A DNA stretch of 55,404 bases, the filler included, from Asterionella formosa (lineage: Eukaryota): the NCBI GenBank assembly GCA_002256025.1. It is 4 parts of 4 records of this genome, joined end to end, with 100 filler letters (N's around TTAATTAATTAA, not from the genome) between each part and the next. Parts side by side here need not be neighbours in the genome. Positions count along the whole stretch, not along the records: positions 1 to 13,801 come from NKIB01006409.1; positions 13,902 to 27,692 come from NKIB01006410.1; 2 more parts are not named here. The stretch is one strand, 5' to 3'. A model generated the notes under the pieces. That model made no database searches. It saw nothing but the letters and a program-made list of their open reading frames with translations, and had not been told where the DNA came from. A program made the translations under genes and the position numbers. Positions 12,328 to 24,703 of this stretch are shown here, one piece after another. Each line of letters starts with the position of its first letter. Position 1 is the first letter of the stretch.

Positions 12328-13200
12328 GGGCCATTCTTATCATTCTGTCATTGGTTGTCATTGGCGTATCATCTCCGCAATGATACAAAAATGGCGGATT
12401 GGGTTTTTTGTGTATCACTAATGGTTTTTGTCTGATCACCAGTGTATCATGGCTGTATCACTAATACAGTTTTTGGATCCCTGACCAATGCTGCCTGTAT
12501 TAGTGATACAGCCGTTATCACTGTGTATCACGTCTGTGGTCACTTATAAAATAACTTTTAACATACCATCTTCAACTCACACCACTTTTGCAAGCCCTAA
12601 TGTCATATGATGATAGTATATTTTGGTCGTATTAGTAGTCATAGCTTTAGTCATTGCTGGAACAAATCAATAGTTCTATTTGCATTCCTATAAATTGATG
12701 AATATTCTTTACATCGTAGATTTGTATCTTCTTACGCAATTTTAAAGACATATCTATATTTCTTTCTTTATTGCATTGTTCATACAATGATATATTAGAT
12801 CTCCAAGGCTCAACGACTTGTTTGCCATTTTGATGGAAAAATGACCATTTATCAGCATCATGGTCAATGCATTGACAACATGTTAATGAGTCTCCCAGTA
12901 CTGGTACCAGTAGCATGTATCCACCGGCTCTGTCACATCATACCAGGTACTTTATTTGTTGTTACATTCCTGCTTTTTTTATTAAGGCTACGCATATGCA
13001 TTTTACTGCTCAGATATATTCAGATGTTTGTAGCTGGCCTGTCACTGCTAACAATCCTTGTTACTCCATTATACACTGTGATACAAATTAGTGATAAAGT
13101 GTTAAGTTTGGAATGAATGAAATTCAGTTCAAACCAAGGTACCATTGCTGAGACATTTTCAAATTTAGTGATACACAATGAAAAATGATAAGAACGGCCC
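12328..13200. mobile_element. Non-autonomous PIF/Harbinger element (Tourist-like MITE), 873 bp
   Basis: 17-bp TIRs with 1 mismatch: GGGCCATTCTTATCATT ... AATGATAAGAACGGCCC. Flanked by TTA and TAA (TWA-type targets, not identical). Many subterminal GTATCA/TGATAC motifs; no credible ORF. Confidence 0.85.
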
Positions 13201-13203
13201 TAA

Positions 13204-13801
13204 GGGTCGTTCTTATCATTCCGAATTTGCTGTATCATTTCCGGGTTGCGGGAAAAAAGTGACGGTTGGTATCAAAACACGGTATCAGCAACGGTAACTT
13301 GATGGTATCAATTTTGTATCATTGATACAATATTGATACCTTTTTTTGCCCCCTCCAAAAACGGTATCAGTGATACTGACGTTTTCACGTGGGTATCATT
13401 TCCGTTGTCACTAATAAAATAACCGAAAATAAGCCTGCAAGGCAAGGCACCAGTGATAATATTAATGGCATATACTATTCCTTCAATTTTATGCTGGCTG
13501 CGTACATCGTCCAAGCAACACCATTGATACAATTATACAGCACCAGACAGAAAGTTATACTTGGCGATCTTATAACTCCCAAGTGTTTTTGTGTATTTGT
13601 TACTACAGATCAGTCATTTGAATCTCCCTGAAGATACTACAAGCAAGGCAAATGGAACCGCATAGTATGGAACTGCATAGTATGGAACCAGTCACACAAA
13701 CGCAAACAACAACTGTTGATGTGGAGACCACTGTATGTCAAGATCGACCCACCACCTTCAACGATACAATGCAGTCTCTTGCTACAGATACTGAAGTCGA
13801 T
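13204..13801 (+). mobile_element. Left end of a second Harbinger-family element, truncated by an assembly gap
   Basis: Starts GGGTCGTTCTTATCATT right after TAA 13201-13203, has dense GTATCA/TGATAC subterminal motifs, and an ORF from 13652 runs into the gap. Confidence 0.7.
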
Positions 13802-13901
13802 NNNNNNNNNNNNNNNNNNNNNNNNNNNNNNNNNNNNNNNNNNNNTTAATTAATTAANNNNNNNNNNNNNNNNNNNNNNNNNNNNNNNNNNNNNNNNNNN
13901 N
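13802..13901. other. 100-nt assembly gap with artificial TTAATTAATTAA spacer
   Basis: N-run with the central 12-mer at 13846-13857. The same construct occurs at 27693-27792 and 41570-41669. Confidence 0.95.
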
Positions 13902-14193
13902 GCAGCCATAAATGCGTGGGAGACAAATGTACTTTGAAACCAAATGCACAATGAGTAGCTATGTACTGGTACTTAGTTTCATTGGTGGGTCCGATGTGCT
14001 ACATTTCCTCATTATAGAGGTACTGTGTTGAGCTTTTCGTACAATCTGGATTGTTTCACAGGCGCTCTCTTTCGATTATTTGGCCCGGCCTTTGTCAATG
14101 TATACTCAGCCAATCGTTCTCCTTTTCTCTGTAAGGATTCACTCAGGCTCCCCTCTTCCTCATTCACTCGTTATGTCAAAGCATATTTACAGC

Positions 14194-14889
14194 CTACAAC
14201 CAGACACTTGCCTCCGTGTCTGTTGGAACCGGCATCATAGTCTCCATTCCTTCCATTGAAGTAGGATTCACAAGTTCTAACGCATTATTCGCATCAATTC
14301 CGCCAGAGGCTCCAATGTATAAAAAAAAACACAACATGAGAAGAGCGACACCACCTTGAATTAAAATAGCCTGTTCGCCACGAGCGGCGAGATCGAACTC
14401 GTTCTGTCGCATTCTTTGATTGCTATTTGGATTCCGCTCGAGTGGCACCGAGTATACAGACGGACCCTTTCCAGAAAAAAAACCAGCAGACTGTTGGCCA
14501 GTGAACTTTCTCGTCGGTACATCCACGCCACCTACGATCTCCCTTCGTCTGGAAAATGCTTGTCGATTTAAATCTCGTGCTTCTTGCTCATTCAACATTT
14601 CTCCACTTGGAATAATCCCCGATGGGCCGTCGGGGTCTGTATATGTATCGAACAAGTTGTTCTTATTATCGCTTCTATTGTCGCCATCTTGACGCTTCTT
14701 AAGTTGTTGGTAGAATTCTTTTGCCAAAGCAGACCCGTCGTCATCGTTTCGCGACCCAATCCCATCCAAATCCAAATCATCGTTGTTTTGCATTCGTACG
14801 GCTCTTCTTCGAGCACTCTTGACCGCCCCAAGAAAGGCGGTGGAACTAATGCAGGATAACAGCAGGAGGAACAAAAGGTAAGCTGTCAT
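14194..14889 (-). CDS. Hypothetical plastid-targeted membrane protein, 231 aa
   Basis: Intact ORF. Signal MTAYLLFLLLLSCISSTA^FL followed by an Arg/Ser-rich transit peptide; one C-terminal hydrophobic helix (AILIQGGVALLMLCFFLYIG). Confidence 0.75.
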   Translation of the reverse strand: MTAYLLFLLLLSCISSTAFLGAVKSARRRAVRMQNNDDLDLDGIGSRNDDDGSALAKEFYQQLKKRQDGDNRSDNKNNLFDTYTDPDGPSGIIPSGEMLNEQEARDLNRQAFSRRREIVGGVDVPTRKFTGQQSAGFFSGKGPSVYSVPLERNPNSNQRMRQNEFDLAARGEQAILIQGGVALLMLCFFLYIGASGGIDANNALELVNPTSMEGMETMMPVPTDTEASVWL

Positions 14890-15229
14890 GGTTGCAACGT
14901 TCTTGATGCCTCCTCACCGTCAGACGTCTGATAATTCTTTTGTTATGAGCCTATTATGCATGTGTCAGAATGTGTCTGTTAGGCTGTTGATGTCGACAGG
15001 TTTTCGAAGTCTGGATGAAGTATGGTACCGGTATGAGGAATGTCAGAATGGAAATATAGGAGGTAGCTGATCATCAGTGATCATACGCATATCAGTATTA
15101 GAATTGTATAACATATATACCGGTATGTTGATTGTAGTAAAGGGGATATGTACATGGAGCGATGTACCGGTCGACTGTTTATACATATATTTAGCGAATT
15201 CAAAAAGGAATCTATGTAAAAGATGCATG

Positions 15230-15325
15230 CGCAAATTTCCACTGATTTAAATATTTCAAATGGAATCACGTCATTCAAAATTATTCCATAGAAATTCCTA
15301 GTTCCAGGAAATTTCGGCAACCCTA
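15230..15325 (-). mobile_element. hAT-like terminal sequence (TAGGGTTGCC), copy 1
   Basis: Reverse complement tagggttgccgaaatttcctggaactaggaattt matches tagggttgccgaatttcctgggaattgggaattt at 27606. TAGGG is a typical hAT terminus; no TSD found. Confidence 0.45.
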
Positions 15326-15690
15326 GTAGTAAGCAATGTTTTAATTTTTTCCTAGGGGTTCAAATGCAGGAACCTTAATGCATATAGGAAACAGCAAGAA
15401 CAGAAAGAAAGAAATGAAAAAATGAATGAAAAAAGAGAGGCCCAATGAAAATTGCTGCAGGAAAGGCGTGTCGAGCATACACATTGGGATGATGCGGTCT
15501 GTTGAGCATCAACAGGCGAGGGTATCAGAATGTGTCTGTTATGCTGTTGATGTTGATGTTGGCAGGTGCCTGAAAATTGGAAAAATTCTGAGAAATATCT
15601 CAATGAAAATAAACAGTATTTGTATCATAGCAGAAAAAGAAGCAAATGAGTGGCACAAGAAATTTCTTTGACTGTTCATTGCAGCGTGGT

Positions 15691-18600
15691 CTGCAAATAA
15701 AAACCATCATATTCCCATGATGTATCATAGGATTGTGATCATCTGATCATTAATTTTCGTTATATCATCTAATAATTTTGATAAATGCCCTTGTAATTTA
15801 AATAATAACCCTTTTGACTATGTATATTTAATTATTGTATGTATTGTTTCTATTAGATTCCTGTATTTGAATTTCTTGGTAGGATAAAAATGTACCAGCT
15901 AAAGTAATGCAATTTGGTTTGTCATCTCCATCCGTCATCTCTCCGATTTTTGCAACAACCACGAAACACTAGCGATGACAAGTGGAATGATTGTTTGCGA
16001 TATCTCTCCGATTTTTGCAACAACAACGAAACACTAGCGATAACAATTGGAATGATTATTTGCGATAACGTTTTCAATTGTTGGTCAAGTAATCATTACG
16101 TGCAGTGAACCTATGTTCATAATCATTCAATTAAGAGTTTACAGAGAAGAAATCATTCGAACTCGTAATGGTTACGCACACAGCGCACATAGTAAATCCG
16201 TTTCGTCGACCACCAGCATTACAATGTCGCCAATCAACTAGTAAACAAACACATTCTACATGTTCTCGTTGACATTTTCAGTTCTCACATGATACTACAT
16301 CTACAATTGAGATTCAGTATAGAAGGAGATACGAAAATGCAACAGACTGCTGTCCACATAGTTATAGAATGATTCTGATTAAGATTTCTTTTTCCTGTCG
16401 CTCGTTTCCGCATTTGGGATGTTGTTCTTGTATTCATGGTTGAACTTGTCCAGATCTTTGTTACCATCAATAGAGCGACTAGTGACTCTCATCATTGTTG
16501 TTTGCTCATGGAAAACCCGCCTGGTATCTGTATCATCAACAATAGAGTGACGAATGTCCTTCTCCATTATCATTGTGTTTTGCTGCAGGAAAAATTTGAT
16601 ATACGTATCGTCATTTGCTTGTTGGAACTGTCCGTTGCCTCAACCCTGCTTAGCGTGTGCGTACACACACTGTTGACTTGTCTTCATTGGTATGTTGTTC
16701 TTGTATTCACTGTTGAACTTGTCCGCATCTTTGTTACCATCAATAGAGCGACAAGTGGCTCTCANNNNNNNNNNNNNNNNNNNNNNNNNNNNNNNNNNNN
16801 NNNNNNNNNNNNNNNNNNNNNNNNNNNNNNNNNNNNNNNNNNNNNNNNNNNNNNNNNNNNNNNNNNNNNNNNNNNNNNNNNNNNNNNNNNNNNNNNNNNN
16901 NNNNNNNNNNNNNNNNNNNNNNNNNNNNNNNNNNNNNNNNNNAGGACAAGTGTCCTTCATCATTGTGGTTTGCTGCTGGAAAGATTGGTACCCGTATCGT
17001 CATTTACTCGTTGGAACTGTCCATTGCCTCAAACCTGCTAAGCGTGTGTGTACGTACACTGTCGACTTGTGTACATTACAGCAGTGACTTAGCTACTAAA
17101 GTGCGTGTTATAATATCATACTCTGTAGTACGAGGCAGAATACAGTTCCCAATCAACATTGAATGATTGATAAGATGATAATGTGATGTTACGATAGGGT
17201 TACTTCGATACATACATCACCAAAATATGATACGTAATATTGATTTATGTTTATCACATAGCTATGATACATTGATCAAAGAACTATCATGATTTGTTAA
17301 AATATTCATGAAATTTTTTAATTAAAATATGATCATGTTAAAATAATGCAATGATAATAAAATGCGATAAAATATGTACATAAGTGTTATCAATACATCA
17401 TAGAAGAAAGATTGATAAATCATAAAGTATATTAGTTAATATATATATTCAACTTTAAATGTAAACAGTAAAATCAAATAGTTAATATGATAGTATAGTG
17501 AATAGGATCTAAGTATACGGATGCATTGATATATACATCACCATAATATGATTTGTGATATGGATTGATGCATATTACATACCGGTATCCTCCACAACCA
17601 GCCATCACGTTCATCGTCGTGTCGTTTTTTCCTTGTTATTATATATGTATTGTGTAAATAATATGCTGGCGCAACATGCATATTACACTGTGCTCTGTTC
17701 AACAATTACTACACCCGGTCACCACCACACCAGTTGCACCACCACAAGCGCCGCAAGAAGCTCCGCGTTTCCCTTCCACTGTTTTACATTATAGGCTTCT
17801 GGCCCTTTGACAACTTTACAAATGGCATTTCATGGATTTCATGCAAAGGATCAGTCAAACAAGAAAACGTGACTTACGTCCCTCATTTACACTACACGAC
17901 TTTATGTTTTCGGAACAGAAGATGAAGAAACTTATGAAATCAATCGAAGATTTGCTCCTTTAAATACACTCAAATATCAGATGAATTTGAACAGATTCAT
18001 AATACTCCAGAAAAATAATGTAGTATGTTGATTCAATAGTGGCAGAGATTGAAAAGAAGGAAAGATTGCTTTCGAAGAGGAAACTCAAACAGTTGTTCTT
18101 CACGGATGAAGACACTATTCCTACAGAGTCACAGTTCCATCCAGTGTTGTATTTTGCTCATTCTCCTGACATCTCTGATAATGAGGAAGAACTCAGTGAT
18201 TCTCATTCATTTGATGAACAAGTTCATTCGATGAATGAAAACACCGGCGGAAATGTGCGAGACATCACCTTTGAAGTAGAAATGGTTGAAAAGTTGCAAA
18301 ACCAAAAAATATATCTCACTAGTTGTCCAGAACATCAAGATAAACATCATGAAAGCAGAGAAACTCCTATTGCATTTCTAAAAGAAAAGCAATATATTCA
18401 AGAAAAAGTCTGCGCTAGATCAAGAACTCGAATTCAAGAAGATCAATGCAGACAAAGATGTGATGATGGCAAAGGCAGTTGATGCACTGAGTCGGGAACA
18501 AAGTTTGAAGCACAAAATTGAATCTTTTTCCAAATCATGCATGGAAGCAGAAAAAGAATTTCTTTGTAAAATCATCGAAAACAATCCCGAAGGCAGCTAC

Positions 18601-19102
18601 TTTTGTGAAGAGTCGGCATGTGAAATGTGTAGAGTTATTATGCCAAAGCAAATGGCATTTTCTTTGAGTTTGCCGAAAACGCATGGACAACTAATTCATC
18701 CAAGTGATGTAAAGGTTATATTTAATCTGGATGAGAACCTAGAAAAGGGTAATAACAAACCGTATATATACCAAGGTGATTGTCATCCACTTCATCATGA
18801 CAGTAACTATGTGCTAATTGTTTGTTGCAAAAGATCAGATGAGGAGGAAAACAACCATTTTGTGCATTATTGTTTTGCTATAAATGATGGATTATGTCAA
18901 GTCCGTCATCCAGGAAAAGGTGCAAGTTTGGATGAACATTATGATCAAGTATTTCACCTTGACCATAAGTACTGCATCATCCATGGATGCACCAAACAAT
19001 TGGAATTTTTATGCACCGATACAGGATATCTTCCACAAAATTCCCATATTCCTGAAGAAATTGGAGTCTTTCTATACTGGCACCAAAGCACCATTGCAGA
19101 TC
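15691..19102 (+). mobile_element. Partial second copy (~3.4 kb) of the left part of the element at 35067-43994, including a truncated Ulp1-like ORF
   Basis: Collinear with 35067-38451 from ctgcaaataaaaaccatcat to ccattgcagatc. ORFs 18039/18460 match 37200-38450; ~170 bp present at ~37875-38040 is missing here. Contains the N gap 16765-16942. Confidence 0.9.
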
Positions 19103-22100
19103 ATCTTCTTGTCTAGTACTCTCCCTAGTCAATGCTGCAGTTACACTGACATTAACTTCTTGCTTTGAATGATTCGATGCACTACAGCAATACATAGTTT
19201 CATTATGTATTCCAGGAACTCGATGCTCTTGCATGCAATGTCGACAGTGACCATATGCATAAAATACACGGTTGCTACAATATTTCGATTATGAGACTCA
19301 GATGGGGATTTGTTCTTCCGAAATTTGTAGTTACACAGATAACACCATTGCAATGTCCGCAAAGACATGATTGAAAATTCAAATGATGACCAAGTCAGTA
19401 TATGAACAGGATAGAATGAAAATGAATTAATAATAATAAATTTGGCATCACTCCGAACATGCTGCTGTGCTAGACAATACAGAATCGTGAAATTATCACT
19501 CCACCATGGTAGTAAAAATGAAGGAATACCGCTACATATAGTATAGGCGGCACTACTAGTAGTATAGAGCAGCTTCAATGTTTTCTTAATATCTATGATA
19601 TGGTTTGCATTGTAAAAGTCTCACACTAACTATATTTAATATGTAACAACTAAGTATGCATTGGATTCTATTAGATCCATTCAAAATCAGCGTCGTCATC
19701 AATATCCTGTTGATCAATGCGGTCATTGTAATCAATATTCTTCTCAGAAACATTTGGTTGAAGTCGTTCAACATATTGATGCATATCCTCTTCACTTACG
19801 TTGGGAAATGAGAAGTATGAGTGTGGGTAGATGATATTTGTTGTGGAAGTAGCAATTCCACTAGGATTCCTTTCATATTCAGATCGATTCTTTTGTGAAA
19901 GTCCAGTGTAGATTTCCTTATAATAGCCAAGTAAATAAACATCATCAGTCCATTGATCAGTGAGACCATTTGAAACTGAACTTTCTTCCCTCTCACTTTT
20001 TTGATAAGTGGTTTTCCACCAATGTCGACAAAATCAGTAGAATGACGAATATCGTTGCTTCTCTGAAATTTCATGGGTATCTGGATTGAAACCCAAATAT
20101 TTTTGTTGCAATCGGAATTTTCCTTTCAGCACCAAGAAGCAAAATGCTTCTGTACTGGCATTGATCAGCGAACCAACAAAACGTGATTGCAATTCATACT
20201 GTGCCCGAAGACTGAGTTAAATTTGGTCACACCAGATTTGTCTCCTGTTAGAAATGGTTCTCCACGGCTTGTCCTGCCTATAAAATACACTGGAGCAAGA
20301 ACATCACGCCAGACTTGGTATGCATGGCTTCCCCTGTCAATGTCTTTTGACTGCGCAAAACGATAAAGCGTGAATGCCCACCTAATAAGTCATCAATATC
20401 CATAGTCTGGAAGCTATATTCTGTTAGACCAGCTGATGTGTCACGAATTATGTTAGCATTTTTAAATTGAAACATATTTGATATATGTATAATCACTGGC
20501 TCAAAACATCATGCTTTGGGAGCATCTCCCTGCAACTTATTCCTTTAAATTGATTATTCAATACATTCTGACATTCTCTCAACTTTTTAATGCACATGCC
20601 ACCAAATGTTGATTTGATGTAATCTAGACGTGCCTTGTTGCATTGGGCAAACCAATCTTGATTTTGATTGGAAATGCCTTTCATACTACTTGGACCAGAT
20701 AGGCAGGGCGGGATGTTTGATTCTCTTTGTCGATGGGGACACCATCAGCTACTAGTACAAAGGATCCCGTAATTGATACTGAAAGCGATGATGATTTTTC
20801 TTTTTCAGTTGTTGATACAAGAAAAATGGCTCCTGTCGATGATGCCATTAATAACTCCCGGATGCAGATGGACGACATGGTTCGCTCCATATCATAAAAT
20901 TTCTAATTTCACGGACCAACAAGTACATGACCAACTAAGGGGAAAAGATTTTGCAATTGCCTAAGGATATTATCAATTGGTCAACGAACTCAACTGCTAC
21001 AAAGGTTGTAATTCGGTTCAAAACTCGTCCATACAAGGTTATCAAGAATCTTCTATTTCATCAGCCTTATCTGAACGTCGTTCCCTTTTAGCTAAAATTG
21101 AACCAAACCATCAATTTTCACAAAGGTTGTGAGTTTTATTTTCAAGACCAAGAAGTTTTGCTGTGCTGTGAACATGAAAGTTTGATGTTATAGTTCGTGA
21201 ATTGCAGGTACTGAAAAACAGAATATAAATCAAATATGCTGACTAACTCCCTGTTTTCGATTTTGGGTTCCTTTGGATAAATGTCGATTCGCTTTTTCTT
21301 TGTTAACTCATTTTGGTACTTTCTTCTTTCTTCCATACCGGCAGTATTTGCCACACATGTCGCTTGTTTGCATGAACCTCTTTATGGTTTTTTGAAGACA
21401 TTGTACTACTAGATACCTGTTGTCGTTGTCTTCCTTAAAGTTCGATGATCTTAAAATCAGGTGTTGCTACAATGAAATGAATCATCGGCCAATACATATA
21501 ACTTTTTACTCTGTCTAGATCTGATACAATAAGACCAGCAGTGCTATTTACATTATCATATACAAAATCAGAAGCAATTTTGAGTAATAGCACATCTTGC
21601 TTTCAATTTTACGATCGTACGATCCTGAAACCATGATGATTTAGTGTCCTGCTGCAGGAGCAACAGTCCTGATCATATGGTGTTCTGTTGCTCGCTTACT
21701 ACTCCGACTACCCCCAGTATATCACTTCTTACCTGCTACTGGTACTCTGTATATATATGATAAAATTCTATGATCAAATGATGTACGCATAAAGAGCTCC
21801 CGCCAAAAAAGGGGCTTAAAAAAATTAACCAAAATCATTGCGTATATATAATGACACAAATGGGTTGTGACTGACACCAATTGAATGGTCTAAATAATTA
21901 TTTCCAATGGACATATAAAATACTGATGCAAACAAATTTCAAAGTAAATAGGGACAGAGTTCCACCTGCGAGTGAAATCACTCAAAAATCATACATAGTA
22001 GCAGCAGCAGCAGCAATGAATCACCTTTCATCAATAGTGACATCATTTCTGATGTCAAACACTCTGCTCATGCCCTAACCTTATCATCTTAGGTGGAGGA

Positions 22101-24103
22101 GGTTGAAACTAGTTCTTGTAGTTTTATGGATTTTAATGTCTAATATAGAACTACTGGTATAGTGACCTAAATAATTATTTAATCGAATAGCTCTAGACCT
22201 TTGTACTTAGAAGGCTAAGAAGGCTGGAGCTATCTCCTTGCCCTTCTTGCATTGAGTGAGTAGACCAGCAGAGCAGCAAGTCCAAAAGAAATGCACACAA
22301 TCATTTCTTATCGAATCAAAAAAATCCAGGCAATACAATGCATTTGTTCTATTTCAAGCCCATTCACTCAAAAAATCCATAAAAGAAAATCCGGTTTTTC
22401 TCTGCTTATTCCTGTGAGTTCCTCAAGGGAATCAAAAGATACATCCCTTGCCAGAGCGAGCTTGCATTGTTGCTCAGACAAGGATATGACAATCATATCA
22501 CTCTTGTCCCTTATTGTCAGTTTGTTTCCTGTAATCAGTTTTATTGGAATAGTCCCTGCAGATGCCATCGAAAATCTCATAGGGGAGGACCTACCGGTAT
22601 AGCACTATATACAGAGTAACTGTGTAGTCGTTGTGAGCGGCTGGAGTATGCATGGTGCATCATGTCATCTCAGCCTTGACCATGACGAAATCAACAAGTA
22701 TCTCCATGAAAAATGAAAAGGATGCTTTGCTTTGGGTACATATATTAAGCACAATATAGAAAATACAATCATAAAAGAATAGTTGTAATAAATCTAATAT
22801 TGACAACGAAAATTGAAATAGCCGATAGCCTTTTTTTTATTGATTAATTTATAGATTCACAGTTCAAAACAACGATGCTATCAGCAGAATTGACACTTTC
22901 ACAGTAACTATACAACAACTACAAAGATGACTAAACAATAACATGATTAAAATGATTGAGTAAAGCAAAAGATGTGAAATAAGTTATTTATTAGCTTAGA
23001 TTTCATTGCTTGTATAGCTAGACGCCGCAAAATCGAGTCATTGTGAGATGGGAATGATGGAAGCATGATGGTGATGAGATCTCAAATTTTTTCGCTTACC
23101 AGTAAGTACCCTGGTACCGGAATACTATAGTCTTCATTATACTGGTACTGTATATGTACTCCTATAGGATAGTCAACAGTCAATACAGTACCAATATACC
23201 AATACATAACATCAGGACCAGTATACTACAGTATTATCTTCAATATAGACAACAGTCAATATAGTGTATAGTATACATGCATACATAACATGCGTACATA
23301 CTGTAAATACATATTGGTCATTAATAATAGTGGTTATGTCAGGTCATTGCTATGATGATGCTGGCAGCTACACATTTCCAATCCCAACAACTCTGAAAAC
23401 CGTTGATTGTGGTAGGTTGTTTTCATCATTTTGGCCAGAAAAGGAGAACAATTTTGAGTTTGGAGAGAATAAAGCAATGTAAACAAGACTTGCTTACTAT
23501 TGCTTTGGGCTGCCCCTCTATTGCCCCAGTCATTGTTGTGATTTCTAGACATTTCCCTATTTTGAAGAATAAAATTAGCATAAAGCCTAGTGTGTCACTA
23601 AGTGGTGATCACCATGCATACAGATGATTTTAAAGAGTGAATTGATGATGTTTTCAATGTAAATAAACACCTGTCCTGCATCATGTTATCAATTTCAGCA
23701 AAATGACCACAACTTGCTGGTACTCCCCTCCATCATTGAGTCTTGTTCAAATGCATCACCAGTACATCATCTGGCTGCATACATGGAAATTTTCGATACT
23801 GATGCAAAACTCAACTGAATGGTGGCGAGTGAGGAATGAACTTCAGATTTCAAAAACAAGGGTATATGGTGTTGACATAAATAGGAGCCAACTACAAAAA
23901 CAATCAGGCAGATGGCAATTGTGAACACTACAAGGACTGCACTGGTACCAACCGTAGTATAAAGTTCTGAAGAAGTATAAAAGAGAGTTCATATAGTCAC
24001 CATTCCTATCAGCAAAATAAGTGATGCCAAAACGGATTGCAAGAAGGGATGAAATGTGAACATTGTCCTATCGTCCCTCAACTCTTGCATTTAGATTCCA
24101 TAG

Positions 24104-24703
24104 TTACAATGGATGCTCGTCAAGCCATTTCACTTGGTCGGCACTCATAGTTGGTAGTTGACCAAGCTCCTTTAGTGTCACTTCAAAATACAGTGTTGCA
24201 TCGCCTGGAATACCACCAGTTAAAGCTCCACCTGCGCCTTCCTCACCATAACCAATCTCGCTAGGAATAATGAGTCGTCGGGATTCGCCCTCGCACATTT
24301 CCATCAAGCCCAAGTCCCAGCCTTTCACAACCATACTCACTCCCACCATAAATTCAAAAGGTCGCTGGCTCCCAAACATGTCCTTGGTGCTATCAATCTT
24401 CTTCCCTCCATCGTCAGGAAAACCATCGAGATAGAGTGTGTACTCCGTCTTGATCTTTTGACCTCTGACGGGTTTTGATCCAGTACCTGGGGTTATAACT
24501 TTGTATTTCAATCCTCTTGGACCATCGCTATATTCGTCCACATCAATGGCTGCTGTCCCAGCAGGGAATAGCGTGCCAACAATCGGCGTTAATATGAGAG
24601 GGGCAATTGCATCGCGGCGGGAAAGGACTTTGTCAAAAGAAAATGACAGTGTTACTTGTGCCGATGCAACAAACAGAGAAGCAAGGAGGAGGGGTCGACT
24701 CAT
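24104..24703 (-). CDS. FKBP-type peptidyl-prolyl isomerase, plastid thylakoid-lumen type, 199 aa
   Basis: Start MSRPLLLASLFVASAQVTLS^FSF, then twin-arginine SRRDA + hydrophobic stretch ending TAA. FKBP motifs GLKYKVITPGTG, IDST, VVKGWDLGLMEMCEGESRRLIIPSEIGYG and IPGDATLYFEVTL. Confidence 0.9.
   Translation of the reverse strand: MSRPLLLASLFVASAQVTLSFSFDKVLSRRDAIAPLILTPIVGTLFPAGTAAIDVDEYSDGPRGLKYKVITPGTGSKPVRGQKIKTEYTLYLDGFPDDGGKKIDSTKDMFGSQRPFEFMVGVSMVVKGWDLGLMEMCEGESRRLIIPSEIGYGEEGAGGALTGGIPGDATLYFEVTLKELGQLPTMSADQVKWLDEHPL

Noticed and set aside
13846..13857. TTAATTAATTAA palindrome inside N-runs (also 27737-27748 and 41614-41625)
   Set aside because: Identical spacer centred in 100-nt gaps with stops in all six frames; a scaffolding artefact.
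15075..15325. Complete hAT MITE bounded by CAGTG and CCCTA
   Set aside because: Ends are not inverted repeats and the 8-bp flanks differ (ctgatcat vs gtagtaag).
19796..20496. Possible second Ulp1-like remnant on minus
   Set aside because: No convincing His/Asp/Cys triad could be read.
22380..22460. FP*GTHR resembling the acyltransferase FPEGT motif on minus
   Set aside because: Interrupted by stops and no supporting HxxxxD motif; likely chance.
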